Position numbers and translations under genes: made by a program
Part shown: piece after piece, positions 47,768-59,600 of the stretch
Layout of the letters: each line of letters opens with the position of its first letter
How positions within the stretch are numbered: the first letter of the stretch is position 1
Source: an uncultured Gemmataceae bacterium
Lineage (GTDB): Bacteria; Planctomycetota; Planctomycetia; Gemmatales; Gemmataceae
DNA length: 64,000 bases
Assembly (NCBI GenBank): GCA_963701675.1
Contig: OY969623.1
Location: 6,450,599 to 6,514,598, forward strand
Direction of reading: 5' to 3'
The notes under the pieces: model-generated
Databases searched by the model: none
Told to the model about the DNA's origin: nothing
Seen by the model: the letters and a program-made list of their open reading frames with translations, nothing else

Positions 47768-48787
47768 ATGTTTGTCGACCGTGTAACCCTGTATGTCAAA
47801 GGCGGCGATGGCGGCGCGGGCTGCTGTAGCTTTCGGCGCGAGAAGTATGTACCGAAAGGCGGTCCCGACGGCGGCGACGGCGGCGACGGCGGCAGCGTCG
47901 TCATTCGGGCGGTGGCCGGCACGGATAGTCTTGCCGACGTAGTTAATCGCAAGCATTGGCGTGCACCGAAGGGTGGCAGCGGGCGATCGGACAACTGCCA
48001 TGGTCGAAAGGGCCGAGATCTATTCATTCCTGTGCCCCCAGGCACTTTGGTTCTGGATCGGGATCGGGGCCATGTGCTTCGCGACCTCGTCCATCCGGAT
48101 GACGAAGTAACGATTGCCCACGGCGGCCGCGGCGGGCGCGGAAATCGCGCATTTGCAACAGCGACAAATCGTGCGCCACGTGAAACCCAGCCCGGAACTT
48201 CGGGTGAGGAACGCTGGATCGTTCTCGAACTCAAGGTCATTGCCGACGCCGGGCTGATCGGGTTGCCGAACGCCGGCAAGTCGACGCTCTTGAGCCGCCT
48301 CTCGCACGCCCGACCGGAAGTCGCGGATTACCCGTTCACCACCAAACACCCGAATCTTGGCTTGGTCACGATCGGCGAAGAGCGGGCGTTTGTGCTCGCC
48401 GATCTACCCGGACTCATCGAAGGTGCTCACGAAGGCATCGGCCTGGGCCACGAGTTCCTCCGTCACGTCGAACGCACTCGTGTTCTGGTGCATCTTGTTG
48501 AGCCGTTGCCGCTGGACGGCAGCGATCCGGTGAAAAACTACCATGCGATACGACAAGAGTTGACACTTCATCGTCACGGACTTGAGCAAAAGCCGGAGAT
48601 CGTCGCCGTGAGCAAAGCCGAATTGACGGGCAGCGCGGAGGTGCGCGAGCGGCTGGAGAAAGACCTCGGGCGTGACGTGCTGGCGGTGTCCTCGGCAACG
48701 GGCCGCGGACTGGCGGAGCTGGTCGGCGCGGTCAGTCGACAGTTACGAGCATCCCAAAACCACATGCTTGATGAGACCCGCGCATGA
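47768..48787 (+). CDS. obg: GTPase Obg/CgtA
   Basis: MFVDRVTLYVKGGDGGAGCCSFRREK…, a GGDGGDGG glycine-rich loop, and the G1-G4 motifs. Confidence 0.9.
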   Translation: MFVDRVTLYVKGGDGGAGCCSFRREKYVPKGGPDGGDGGDGGSVVIRAVAGTDSLADVVNRKHWRAPKGGSGRSDNCHGRKGRDLFIPVPPGTLVLDRDRGHVLRDLVHPDDEVTIAHGGRGGRGNRAFATATNRAPRETQPGTSGEERWIVLELKVIADAGLIGLPNAGKSTLLSRLSHARPEVADYPFTTKHPNLGLVTIGEERAFVLADLPGLIEGAHEGIGLGHEFLRHVERTRVLVHLVEPLPLDGSDPVKNYHAIRQELTLHRHGLEQKPEIVAVSKAELTGSAEVRERLEKDLGRDVLAVSSATGRGLAELVGAVSRQLRASQNHMLDETRA

Positions 48788-49530
48788 AACCGCACCTCGT
48801 GGTCGATGTCGGCAATAGCCGAATCAAATGGGGCCGGTGTGCGGACACTCACGTCACAGAAGGCGTTTCGCTCCCGCCGGACGAATCCGAAGTTTGGGGA
48901 CGACAACTGGAAACGTGGAAAATGGAAGGCCCGCTCAGGTGGGCCGTCTGCGGCGTCCACCCGGAGCGTCGGGATCGATTCATCGAATGGATACGGAAGC
49001 GCGGCGACGCCGTCCTCCAGCTTAACGCCGCGAACCAGCTTCCACTCGAGGTCGACCTGGAGTTTCCGGACCGCGTCGGCATTGATCGGCTCATGGACGC
49101 CGTCGCGGCCAAGCAACGTGCTGTTGGCAAGCCCGCCATCATCGTGGACGCCGGTTCTGCCGTAACCATCGATTGGCTTACGGAGACAGGTATTTATTCC
49201 GGCGGTTCGATTTTTCCGGGTATCCGCCTCATGGTCGAATCGCTCCATAACTTCACCGCTCTGCTGCCGCACATCGACGTCAAAGAACCCAGTCCGAAAC
49301 TCCCGGCCACTTCGACTCCGGCGGCGATGGAAGCCGGCGTGTTCTGGGCGGTGATCGGCGGAATCAACGAGATATCCGCCCGGCTGGAAGCAAGCGTCAT
49401 GAGCAAACCGGCGCGTTTCATTACCGGGGGCGACGCCGAGTTCCTCCATCCCGCGCTACCCAATGACTTCATGCTTTGGCCCACGATGACACTGGAAGGA
49501 ATTCGCATTGCCGCCGAGGGCCACCCGTGA
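48784..49530 (+). CDS. coaX: type III pantothenate kinase
   Basis: MKPHLVVDVGNSRIKWG… in an ASKHA fold; it overlaps the obg stop (ATGA). Confidence 0.8.
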   Translation: MKPHLVVDVGNSRIKWGRCADTHVTEGVSLPPDESEVWGRQLETWKMEGPLRWAVCGVHPERRDRFIEWIRKRGDAVLQLNAANQLPLEVDLEFPDRVGIDRLMDAVAAKQRAVGKPAIIVDAGSAVTIDWLTETGIYSGGSIFPGIRLMVESLHNFTALLPHIDVKEPSPKLPATSTPAAMEAGVFWAVIGGINEISARLEASVMSKPARFITGGDAEFLHPALPNDFMLWPTMTLEGIRIAAEGHP

Positions 49531-50621
49531 CGGCGGCGCACACGTATGCGGCTCAACTGACACCTGCCGGGACCGGCGCGATCGCGACCGTCGCCGTGTG
49601 CGGTCCGCGCGCCTGGGAAGTGGCTGCTCGGCTTTTTCGGCCAAAATCTAAGTCGAGCTCCTGGCCGCCGGCAACGCCAACTGCCGATCACATTTGGCTT
49701 GGTCGTTTCGGCGAAACTACTCAAGGCGTCCTCATGGACGAAGTCGTGCTCTCCGTGCCACGCCTGAAGCCGACCCCGCGCGTGGAGATTCACTGTCACG
49801 GCGGCGCGGAGGTTGTGCGCTGGCTGTTGGAGCTACTGGATGCACAGGGCGTGCAGCGTTGTTCCTGGCAGGAACTGGAACGCCGTTTCACCGATGATCC
49901 GCTGGAAGTGTCGGCAAGGACGGCCTTGGCCGAAGCGTTGACCCTCCGAACGGCGGGCATCTTGCTCGATCAGTGCCACGGCGCCCTCCGCCGAGCGTTT
50001 GCCGCGATTGAAGCGGCAGAAGCGGCCGGCAATGCCGAGGGAGGCAGCCGATTGCGTGAAGAACTTCGCCGCTACGCGCCCGTCGGTTTGCATCTCACGA
50101 CGCCGTGGCGGGTGGCCGTGATGGGCGCGCCGAACGTCGGCAAGAGTAGCCTGGTAAACGCCCTGGCGGGATACCAGCGCACTATCGTGTCAGCCACACC
50201 TGGCACAACGCGCGATGTAGTCACGACGCTCATCGCCGTCGACGGTTGGCCGATCGAACTTTCCGACACCGCGGGCTTCAGGGAAAGCAGCGAGGTGCTT
50301 GAAGCCGAGGGGATCAAGCTTGCTCGGACGGCCGGGCAGTCGGCTGAGTTGTGTTTATGGATACTTGATGCAGCGACAGCGCCCGTCTTTCCGCCAACGG
50401 ACCTGAAGAATGTGCGCCTCGTGTTGAACAAGATTGACTTGCCGGCCGTTTGGGACGTTGAACAGGCATCGGCGCTCCGAGTGTCGGCACAGACCGGCGA
50501 AGGCATGGCGGATCTGGTTTCCAAACTTGCAGAGTGGCTGGTTCCGGAGCCGCCCCCCCCGGGTGCCGCTGTGCCATTCACGGCGGAAATTGCCAAAATG
50601 GTTGGAGCGACGACGCAATGA
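49527..50621 (+). CDS. mnmE: tRNA modification GTPase MnmE-like (short form)
   Basis: N-terminal 'GTGAIATVAVCGP', 'VEIHCHGG', and a G domain 'VAVMGAPNVGKSSLVNAL…TPGTTRD…DTAG'. Confidence 0.6.
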   Translation: MTAAHTYAAQLTPAGTGAIATVAVCGPRAWEVAARLFRPKSKSSSWPPATPTADHIWLGRFGETTQGVLMDEVVLSVPRLKPTPRVEIHCHGGAEVVRWLLELLDAQGVQRCSWQELERRFTDDPLEVSARTALAEALTLRTAGILLDQCHGALRRAFAAIEAAEAAGNAEGGSRLREELRRYAPVGLHLTTPWRVAVMGAPNVGKSSLVNALAGYQRTIVSATPGTTRDVVTTLIAVDGWPIELSDTAGFRESSEVLEAEGIKLARTAGQSAELCLWILDAATAPVFPPTDLKNVRLVLNKIDLPAVWDVEQASALRVSAQTGEGMADLVSKLAEWLVPEPPPPGAAVPFTAEIAKMVGATTQ

Positions 50622-50726
50622 AAATCAGCGTGGTGGGGTTTGCTGACAGCCAGGTTTTCCGTGTCAGGTGGCACAAGACATTTCTGTCTGTGGCCGCACA
50701 GACAGAAATGTCTGTACCACCGGGCT

Positions 50727-53070
50727 CTAGTTTTCTGACGGTCTAGAGCCGAATTCCATCGCGAACGGGTCAAGAACCAAGTGCAGCCGCTTGATCGCCG
50801 CGGCACGTCCTGGCGGAAGGATTCGTTTGGGCGTGGCCGCGGGATCGGATTTCGCGACATCGGGTGGCGAAGTGCGAATTAGTTTTACGGCTGATCTCCG
50901 TATTCCATCCGGCTCATCCTCAAGCGGCATCGGCGGCCAGATGCCGTCGTTGAGCACGACAGCGACACCATTCTCTAGCGCGGCCACGACATCCAGCCAG
51001 CCGATATCCGCGAGTGCCACTGGTGCCTGAACGAAAGAACTGCCTGGATAGGGGAAATCACCCACGGAGAACTGACAATCATTCTTAAACGTGCCATCGC
51101 CGTTTCCTATCAAGAGGCTCACGGTGCCGCCCCAATGATTGCCCACGATCAAATCCACGTTGCCATCGCCACTGACGTCGCCGGCCGTGATCGTCCGAGA
51201 TGTATTGCCGACCGCGTAGCTAGTCGGCGCGGAAAAAGTCCCGTCGCCATTACCGGAGAGTACGCGAACACTACCGACGTTAGAATCGCTTGTAACGGCC
51301 AGATCGAGGTCACCGTCTCCATCAAAGTCTTCCGTCACCAAATCGTAGAGAGACGATCCGGCTGCGAAGCCGGCCGCCGGCTGAAACGTGCCGTTACCGT
51401 TCCCCAGGAGAATACTTATCGTGCCGGCAACCTTGTTCCCGGTGGCGAGGTCTGGTTTGCCGTCGGCGTCGAAGTCCCCGATCCCCACACTGCGGGGCTC
51501 GTTGCCCGTGTCGAACGTGAGACCCGAACCAAACGTCCCGTCGCCAATTCCCAGCAGAATTTGCACCGAATCGCCGACGCTATCGGCGATGACAAAATCC
51601 AAGTCGCCATCGCTATCAACATCAGCGGTGGCGATAGCGAAAATCGTGTTACCACCGGAAGGATAGCTGACGAAAGGCTTGAACGTCCCGTCACCGTTGC
51701 CGAGGGCGACGCGTACCGTCTCCTCGAAGTTTAATCCGACCGCAACATCGAGGGCCCCGTCACCGTTGAAATCTCCTGATGTGAATCCTCGTGTACCACT
51801 CCCGATGAGGTAGGACCGCGATTTCTCGAAGGTCGCATTTCCCACGCCAAGCATTACCGTCAGATACCCGGGGCCACCGTTGTTGCCTTCCGACAATATC
51901 AAATCGACTTCACCATCTCCGTTGAGGTCCGATGGAGCGATCCCCCAAGGGTGTTTGGGAGCGGCGGAAATCAGCCATTCAGTGAACACCCCTCCGCCAA
52001 GCCCGATCTGAAACGTCACAGTCCCGCCGGTGGTCACATTGTTGGCGATGGCGATGTCCGGCACTCCGTCGCCGGTGTAATCGCGAATCGCCGCGCCGCT
52101 GACGCCGGTGCCGGCAATGTACGGCCCCGCGGTCTGGAACGACCCGTCCCCGTATCCCAGGTTCAGGTGGAATTGCTCTGGACCCAACGCAATAAAGTCG
52201 AGTTTACCATCTTGATCGAGGTCCTCCGTGTCTATCAAGTGCACACTGGTTCCGGCGGAATACACTCCTGCGATTTGGAATGTGCCGTCGCCATTGCCCA
52301 AGCGCACGATCACTGTTCCATCAGTATTGGCAACTGCCAGGTCGGGGTTGAAGTCAGCGTTGTAGTCGGCGACGGAAACATCGTTCGGGGTTCCTTCGTT
52401 GTACTGCGCCGAACCAGAACGTGCCGTCGCCATTACTCAAAAGGATGGCCGTCTTGGGTGCGGAACTGAAGTTGCCTACGGTGACGATGTCGTAGAGGCC
52501 GTCGCTGTTGAAATCGCCGGTCGATACCGCCCGCATTTTTGTGCCCATGTCGTAGCTGACCGTATTTTGGAAGGCGCCGCCGCCCAGACCGGTGAGAACG
52601 GTAACATTTCCGAGGTCGTAGTTGGCCACGACTAAATCAATGATTCCATCGACGTTGAAGTCTGAATACCCTACGGAAGTGGGATTCGCTCCGGCCTCGA
52701 AAGTCATTGGTCGACGAAACAACCCGGTGGCCGATCCACGGAGCACGGCGATCTCATCGTTGGGCCCTGAGTAATTATCGTTCGTCACCACCAGATCGAG
52801 CCGGCCATCGCCGCTAACGTCGACCGCGACCAATGACGTCGGGTTATTGCCGCCGGTTGGAAAGCTCTTCGGTGCTCCGAACGTGCCGTTGCCGGCGTTC
52901 AGCATAATGCTGATGGAGCCCGGCTTGGTTTGATTGGTCACGACGATGTCGTAGAGCCCATCGCCGTTGAAATCGTCGCTCACGACGTCTGATGGCGACG
53001 CACCCACCAAGATCGCCTGCGGCGCGGCGAAGCTCGGCACATCCCGGCGTTCGAGGGCTTCCAGGGTCAA
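50727..53070 (-). pseudogene. FG-GAP/VCBS-repeat beta-propeller protein, paralogue 1, split by a +1 frameshift near 52400-52420 (or a sequencing error)
   Basis: N-terminal 'MTLEALERRDVPSF'; repeating '…LGNGDGTF…DFNGDG.LDL…' units; overlapping ORFs 52354-53070 and 50727-52433 join into one continuous FG-GAP repeat. Confidence 0.7.
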
Positions 53071-53141
53071 CCGGCGATAGCGGTTAGTCTGAGAGTTTTG
53101 CGACTCATGACAACCTCTCCTCCTAGCAAAGCGTCTTGGGA

Positions 53142-56100
53142 CTATGTCATTTCAATCGAAAGTACATCACCAAGCGGATCGTGTCCGGCGGCAATTGCGT
53201 ATCGCACGGCGGGACGTATGCGGTGAGCGTGGGCTCCGGGTTTCGCCGTGTCGTCAACGGTTGCCAACCGGTGAATTCGAGGATTCGATTCGACCGTGTG
53301 CGTTGTCGATTTGTCTGGCTTCGTAAATGCCGATGCGGCGAGCATTCGGACGTCCGCCCCCGGCCCGTCGCTGATCGGCAGCGGCGGCCAGTCGGCGGCG
53401 TTAAATAGGATCGCCATGCTAATTTCGTTGACGGCTGCGATGTCGACGAAACCGTCGCCGTTGAAGTCGCCGACGGTCAAGTCGAGTCCTTTCGCCAACA
53501 CCGCATACACGAGCGGCGCTTTGAACGTCGCGTCCCCATTACCCAAAATGATGCTTACGGCGCTCGGCGCTACAACGGCGAAGTCGAACTTTCCGTCGCC
53601 GTTAAAATCCGCCGTTACGATTCCCGCTACAGTACCCGTACCGGTGGTGATGACAATTGGGACCTGAAAAGTGCCGTCGCCGTTGCCAAGCAGCAATCGC
53701 ACGGTGCCTGGACTGACGTCATTCGTTACCGTTACGTCGGTGTTGCCGTCGGCGTTGAAGTCGCCGGTTGCGAGGAATTCCGGTTTCGTCCCCGCTGGAA
53801 ATGCCGTCGACGATTGGAACGTGCCGTCGCCGTTGCCGAGAAGAACGCTGATCGTTCCACCATCATAATTGGCAGACACGATGTCCAGAATGCCGTCATT
53901 ACTTACATCGGTGACGGCCACATAGAGCGGTAGTTTGCCGACTGCATACCCTTGCACGGAAGGATAAACACCGCCGCCACCTGAGGCGAGGAGCACTTCG
54001 ACTGTCGGTGGATTCGTTTGAGGACTGCTCGATGCCAAGTCAAACAAACCATCGCTGTTGAAATCGCCGCCGGCTGTCAATCCACCTTCATAGACGGCCG
54101 GTCCGGGGAAAGAGCCGTCCTGCTCATTGAGCAAAACATGGGCGCCAATGTTGCCGACACCCACAATGTCGCGAAAGAGATCACCATTGAAGTCCGCGAC
54201 GGCAACGGACGAAATCGCCGAGCCCAAAACATAGCGAGACGGAATCCCAAAAGTTCCATCGCCATTCCCGAATCGAACCGCGGTTATCGATTCTAAGACC
54301 GTTACGAGATCGAGTATTCCGTCCTCGTTCAGGTCATCGATCGCCAGGCTAGCCGGCTCAGCGTACACGTCGGGCGCGGCTACGAACGTCCCGTCTCCGT
54401 TTCCGAGACGTACGCACAGTAACGGGCACGCGATGCTGACAATGTCCTGAAATCCGTCATTGTTGACGTCTGCGACATCGACATCCGGTCTCGGAGCGCC
54501 GACTGCTACCAGCGTGGCGGCACTGAATGTCCCATTGCCGTTACCCAAGAATAAATGCAGTCCGTAATTGGGATAGGTCCCCCCGTTGGCAACGAGATCT
54601 GCTTTGCCATCGCTGTTGAAATCGCCGCCGGCTAGCGCCAGTGGCTGGTAAATCGAGGTGTTAATCGACATACCAAACGTGCCGGCGCCCAGGTTCAGTA
54701 ACACGCGAATTCCATTACTCGTGGCCAGCCCCAGATCGAGTTTGCCATCACCGTTGTAGTCGTCGGCGACAATTCCCACGCCGGTGCCGCCGCTGTTATA
54801 GCCGACCGCCGGTTCGAAAGAACCGTCGCCGTTCCCGAGCAGAACGCTGGCAGTCGAGCCGGCGGCCGCTACATCGAGGAACCCATCGCCATTCAAGTCG
54901 GCAACCGCAACCGCACTGGGCGTCGTCACCACAGCCACAGTGCTCGGCGGACGGAAGGAGCCGTCGCCGTTCCCCAATAATATGCTGACGTTCGCGGCGC
55001 CTCCGACGTTGTTGGGCACGACCATATCCAGGATTCCGTCCTGGTTGAAGTCGCCCAGAGCGACATCGTCCGGTTTCGGCCCTGCGTTATAAAGCGGCGC
55101 TTGAAAGTATCCCGAGGGGCCGCCGAGATGGATCGTGGCGTAGTAACGTCCGACGGCATAATCTTGGAATCCATCGTTATTCAAGTCGTGCACGATGACG
55201 TCGCCGCCACCTTCGGACTGTATGCTGGTGCCGGCGGAAAAGGCGCCGTTCCCGAGCCCGTTGAAAGTCAGGATGTGCGACGTCCACAACGAGCTGAGGA
55301 TGATGTCGACGGAGTAGAGCACGGTCAGGTCCAAAATGCCATCGACATCAACGTCGTGCGCGGTAATGCCATTGGCGTCGCCCCCGGTGGGCATGGAATA
55401 AATGGGGAGCGCGCTTAGAGCACCGCCGCCGGTACCGAGAAGGATTGTTGCCGAGTCGCTCGCACGATTCGATGTAGCGACATCCGGAAGACCATCGCCG
55501 TTAACATCTGCCACGGCGACGGCGACTGGGATGTCACCAACGGAATAGCTGACGCGGCGGCGCAAAGAACCGAGTTGATTTCGCAACACCGTAATCGTGC
55601 TCGCCGTGTTGCCGACGATGATGTCGACATCCCCGTCGCCATCCATGTCCGCGCCGGTGATGGAATTCGGCTTGGTGCCCGCCGGGTATGTCTTCGGTGG
55701 CAAGAACGTGCCGTCGCCGTTACCGCGCAAAACGTCGATCGTGTCGCTGTTGTTGTTCGTCAAGACGATGTCGAAATGGCCATCCCCGTGAAGTTCGGTG
55801 ACAACCAGAGATCCGAAGCCGTTTCCGATCCAAGTGGGTGGCTGAAACGAACCGTCGCCGTTACCGATCATGATCTGCAACGCACCGCCAACGGCGAGGT
55901 CCGGGATACCATCCGAATTAAAGTCCGCGGCAGCGACAGCGATGGGACTGGAGGAAACGGCGTAGCCGGTAAAGTGAAACGTACCGTCGCCGTTATTAAG
56001 GAGCACCACCAGGCCGCCATTGAAGGCATCATTGGTTACGGCCAGATCAATGTCTCCATCCGCATCGAAGTCATCGAGCGCCAGTCCCGCCGAATGGAAA

Positions 56101-56510
56101 CCAGCTCCAATCTTTACCACAGTCTGGAATGTCCCGTCGCCGTTGCCGAGATTGATGGATACTTCACCGTGTTGATAGAGGGTCGCAACCACATCAAGCC
56201 GGCCGTCGCCGTTCATATCCGCCACACCGACCGACTGTGGATCGCCTCCGACGGGATAGTTTGTTGCCGACTGAAATACGCCACCGCCCTGGCCCAAAAG
56301 GATGCTTATGGTGTCTGCGGGGCTGTACATCTTGTCGTTAGCGGTCACGATGTCCACATTGCCGTCGCTGTTGAAATCAGCCATGGCAATCGATCTGGGT
56401 TCATCGCCCGTCGGCACCAGCAGCGGCGCGAAGAAACTCAATAGATCGCGGCGTTCGAGCGGTTCCAGAATCAAGGGTCGTTGCCAATTCTTGTTCACGA
56501 GCCGACTCAT
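53142..56510 (-). CDS. giant FG-GAP/VCBS-repeat protein, paralogue 2 (1122 aa)
   Basis: N-terminal 'LILEPLERRDLLSFF'; more than 20 FG-GAP units; C-terminal 'NAADWPPLPISDGPG…SIEMT'. Confidence 0.8.
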   Translation of the reverse strand: MSRLVNKNWQRPLILEPLERRDLLSFFAPLLVPTGDEPRSIAMADFNSDGNVDIVTANDKMYSPADTISILLGQGGGVFQSATNYPVGGDPQSVGVADMNGDGRLDVVATLYQHGEVSINLGNGDGTFQTVVKIGAGFHSAGLALDDFDADGDIDLAVTNDAFNGGLVVLLNNGDGTFHFTGYAVSSSPIAVAAADFNSDGIPDLAVGGALQIMIGNGDGSFQPPTWIGNGFGSLVVTELHGDGHFDIVLTNNNSDTIDVLRGNGDGTFLPPKTYPAGTKPNSITGADMDGDGDVDIIVGNTASTITVLRNQLGSLRRRVSYSVGDIPVAVAVADVNGDGLPDVATSNRASDSATILLGTGGGALSALPIYSMPTGGDANGITAHDVDVDGILDLTVLYSVDIILSSLWTSHILTFNGLGNGAFSAGTSIQSEGGGDVIVHDLNNDGFQDYAVGRYYATIHLGGPSGYFQAPLYNAGPKPDDVALGDFNQDGILDMVVPNNVGGAANVSILLGNGDGSFRPPSTVAVVTTPSAVAVADLNGDGFLDVAAAGSTASVLLGNGDGSFEPAVGYNSGGTGVGIVADDYNGDGKLDLGLATSNGIRVLLNLGAGTFGMSINTSIYQPLALAGGDFNSDGKADLVANGGTYPNYGLHLFLGNGNGTFSAATLVAVGAPRPDVDVADVNNDGFQDIVSIACPLLCVRLGNGDGTFVAAPDVYAEPASLAIDDLNEDGILDLVTVLESITAVRFGNGDGTFGIPSRYVLGSAISSVAVADFNGDLFRDIVGVGNIGAHVLLNEQDGSFPGPAVYEGGLTAGGDFNSDGLFDLASSSPQTNPPTVEVLLASGGGGVYPSVQGYAVGKLPLYVAVTDVSNDGILDIVSANYDGGTISVLLGNGDGTFQSSTAFPAGTKPEFLATGDFNADGNTDVTVTNDVSPGTVRLLLGNGDGTFQVPIVITTGTGTVAGIVTADFNGDGKFDFAVVAPSAVSIILGNGDATFKAPLVYAVLAKGLDLTVGDFNGDGFVDIAAVNEISMAILFNAADWPPLPISDGPGADVRMLAASAFTKPDKSTTHTVESNPRIHRLATVDDTAKPGAHAHRIRPAVRYAIAAGHDPLGDVLSIEMT

Positions 56511-56619
56511 GGGTTCACTCCTCCTTCACCCGTCTCGGAGCAGCGTGGAAGTGACGTTGCCGTCCGCGCCGCTCTGAGAGCGGCGGCTAAACAAATCTCG
56601 AGTCAATCGCAATGGTCCG

Positions 56620-59600
56620 TTACTCCAACTCTGTCGCAAACCAATCAAACGCAGGGTCAGTCGTTGCAACCAGTGCAACACGGCCGATGTGGCGAGGGGC
56701 AATCTTCAGGCGGGGCGGAATGGCCGGGATATCCGCAGATGCGGACATTGCGCGCTTGAAAGTTTGCCCTTCGGTACGGGTCGGCTGCGGGTTCGAGGCG
56801 ATGTCGCCGACGTCCGGCGGCTCAAACGCCCCCGGCCCGTCGCCGATCGGCAGCGGGGGCCAGTCGGCGGCGTTGAGTAGCACCGTCACGCCTTCCCGGC
56901 TGCCGGCCGCGATGTCGAGCCAGCCATCGCTGTTGAAATCGGAAACAAGGATGGCCGCCGGGTTGAAACCGGAAACGTAAGTCAGCGGCGATTGCAGGGT
57001 GCCGTCGCCGTTGCCGATCAAGACTTGAATCTTGCCTGCGATGACGTTGTTGACCACGGCCATGTCGGGAGTGCCGTCGTTGTTGAAATCACCGGTGACA
57101 ACCGCGGATGGACTGGCGCCGACTGCGATGGTTTGCGGCGCCTCGAATGTGAAGTTGGTCTTGGCGAGCAGGACGTGGACGTTGCCGGTCGACGCATCCC
57201 CCGAAGTGACGATCAGGTCAAGGCGGCCATCGCCGTTCATGTCGGCCGCAGTGATGGACAATAGATTCGGGGCGACGGCGACTGTCAGCGGTCGGCGGAA
57301 TTGGCCAGCGCCGTTGCCGCGCCACACGGTGATAGTGCCGCTGCCTTTGTTGGCGACGGCGAAGTCAAGGTTGGCGTCGCCGTTGAAATGCCCGATCACG
57401 ATATCGACGGGATTGGCGCCGACCGCCTTGACGACCGGCGCTGCGAAGGTGCCGTTGCCGTTGCCGAGCAGGATGCTCGTAGTACCCGCAGCTTGGTTGT
57501 TCGTGACCGCAAGGTCTAGGATGCCGTCCGCGTTGAAGTCCGCGCCGGCAACGGAGGATTGCGAGGCGCCGCCCGCGAATGCGATATGGGTCGCAAAGAC
57601 CCCGCCGGTGTTCAAAACCACATGGATTTGGTTCGGATTAAGGTCGGATAGCACCAGGTCGAGAAAACTGTCGTTGTTGAGGTCCGCCGTTGTGAGCTGC
57701 CAAAGCGGCTCGCCTGGAATCATGTACTTTTGGGGTGGCATATAAGTCGCGTCGCCGTTGCCGCGGAAGACCTTTATCGTAACCGGAACGGAGTTCCCGG
57801 ATCCCAAATCCACTGCCGCCAGATCAGCATGACCATCATGATCGAAATCGCCGATGACCACGTTTCGCACGTCATCGAATTGAGGAATGAAGATTGCCGC
57901 CTGAAAGGTGCCGTCGCCGTTATTGATCAAGAGCACCACGTTTTCCGGATCGCCGCTGGAGCTGGCCATCGCCAAGTCCGGGAATCCATCTTCATTGAGA
58001 TCGCCAGCCGTGATTGACTGTGGATTGGTCCCAGCGGGATAGCTGGTCTGCGCCTGGAAGGTGCCGTCCCCATTACTTAGAAACACACTCACCGAATTAG
58101 CCGAGTGGTTTCCGGTGGCGACATCCGGGCTGCCGTCGCCGTTGAAGTCCGCCGAGGTAGCCTGAAAGGCCCCGGCATCAGCCGCGTAAGCCACGAAAGG
58201 CATGAATGTCCCATCGCCATTGCCCAAGAGCACACTCATGAAGCCGGAGCTGCAAGCGGCCGCAATGTCGACGTTGCCGTCGCCGTTCCAATCTCCGGTG
58301 GTCACGTGGCCGGTCCCAGTCGCTGCGGCAAAGGTAACTCTGGGCAAGAAGGTGCCGTCGCCGGCGTTCAGCAAAACGCTCACGGCGCCGAACCCGTTGC
58401 CTGCAACAATATCCGGATAATCGTCCCCATTGAAATCGCCGGAAGCGAGTTCACGCCCGCCCGTGTTGTAGATGGCGGGCGCCGCAAGCGTTCCATTACC
58501 GACCCCAAAATAGACGGCCGCGTTGTTGGCACCCGCAACCGCGACGTCCGCGATTCCGTCTTGATTGAAGTCGGCCACGATCGGTGAAGCAATATTGCCG
58601 ACATCCGGATCATAACTTTTGGAGGTCAGCAGGCCGGAGCCACCGCCTAACAATACAGTGCCGAGCCCATCGGGCACGTCGTGAACGGTGGCCACGTCCG
58701 GTCGGCCGTCCCCGCTAAGATCGCCGCCAGCTAGCGATGTGCCAAAACCCCGAGTCACGTAATTTGTCGGCGCCCCGAAGCCACCGGCTATCTCTCCTGG
58801 AAGGACCTGTACGTCGTTCAGCCGACCGATGACGAGATCCTTCAATCCATCCGCTGTGTAGTCGTCGAACAGCATCCCGGCCAGACTGTGACCGGAGACA
58901 TATGAGTGAGCGGCGCGGAATGTACCGTCGCCTAAGCCCAGCATGATGTTTGCCGACCCGGCGTAGTTGTCCGCGACGGCGACGTCCAACGCGCCGTCCG
59001 CATTAAAGTCGGCCAGGGCCAGGCCGCGAGGCGAACTGCCGGCGACATAACTTACCGCAGGCTGGAATGTGCCGTCGCCGTTGCCGAGTCGAACGGTCAC
59101 GCTTTGTTTGTTCTCATTCGCCACCATGAAATCCAGGTTGCCGTCGTTGTCGAAGTCGTCAGCCGCGATGGTAGCCGCATTACTCCCCGCGATAAAGTGG
59201 GTGGCCGGTTGAAACGTGCCCGTGCCCGTGCCGCGGAACAGACTGACAAGCGATGGTTGAAATACGTTGGCAGCCACAAGGTCCAGGTTGCCGTCGTTGT
59301 CGAAATCCCCCGATGCGACCGACGAGACAGCCGACGACGTCGCGTAGCTCACGGGACTTGCGAACGCACCACCACCGGTGCCGATCAGAACGTTTACTTG
59401 CGACGCATAATTCCCCACGACCAGATCGGCGATGCCATCCTCGTTCCAATCATCCACCGCCACGGCATCCGGAAAAGTGCCGGCGGCGTAATCCGTCCGC
59501 GGTTTGAAAGTGCCGTCTCCACGGCCGAGGAACACACTGATCGAATCGCTGAAGCGATTGACCGTCACTAAGTCCGTAATCGTGTCGCCGTCTAGATCGG

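Noticed and set aside
47871-47900. ggcgacggcggcgacggcggcgacggc tandem nonamer
   Set aside because: It encodes the normal Gly/Asp-rich GGDGGDGG loop of the Obg N-domain. It is not a separate repeat element.
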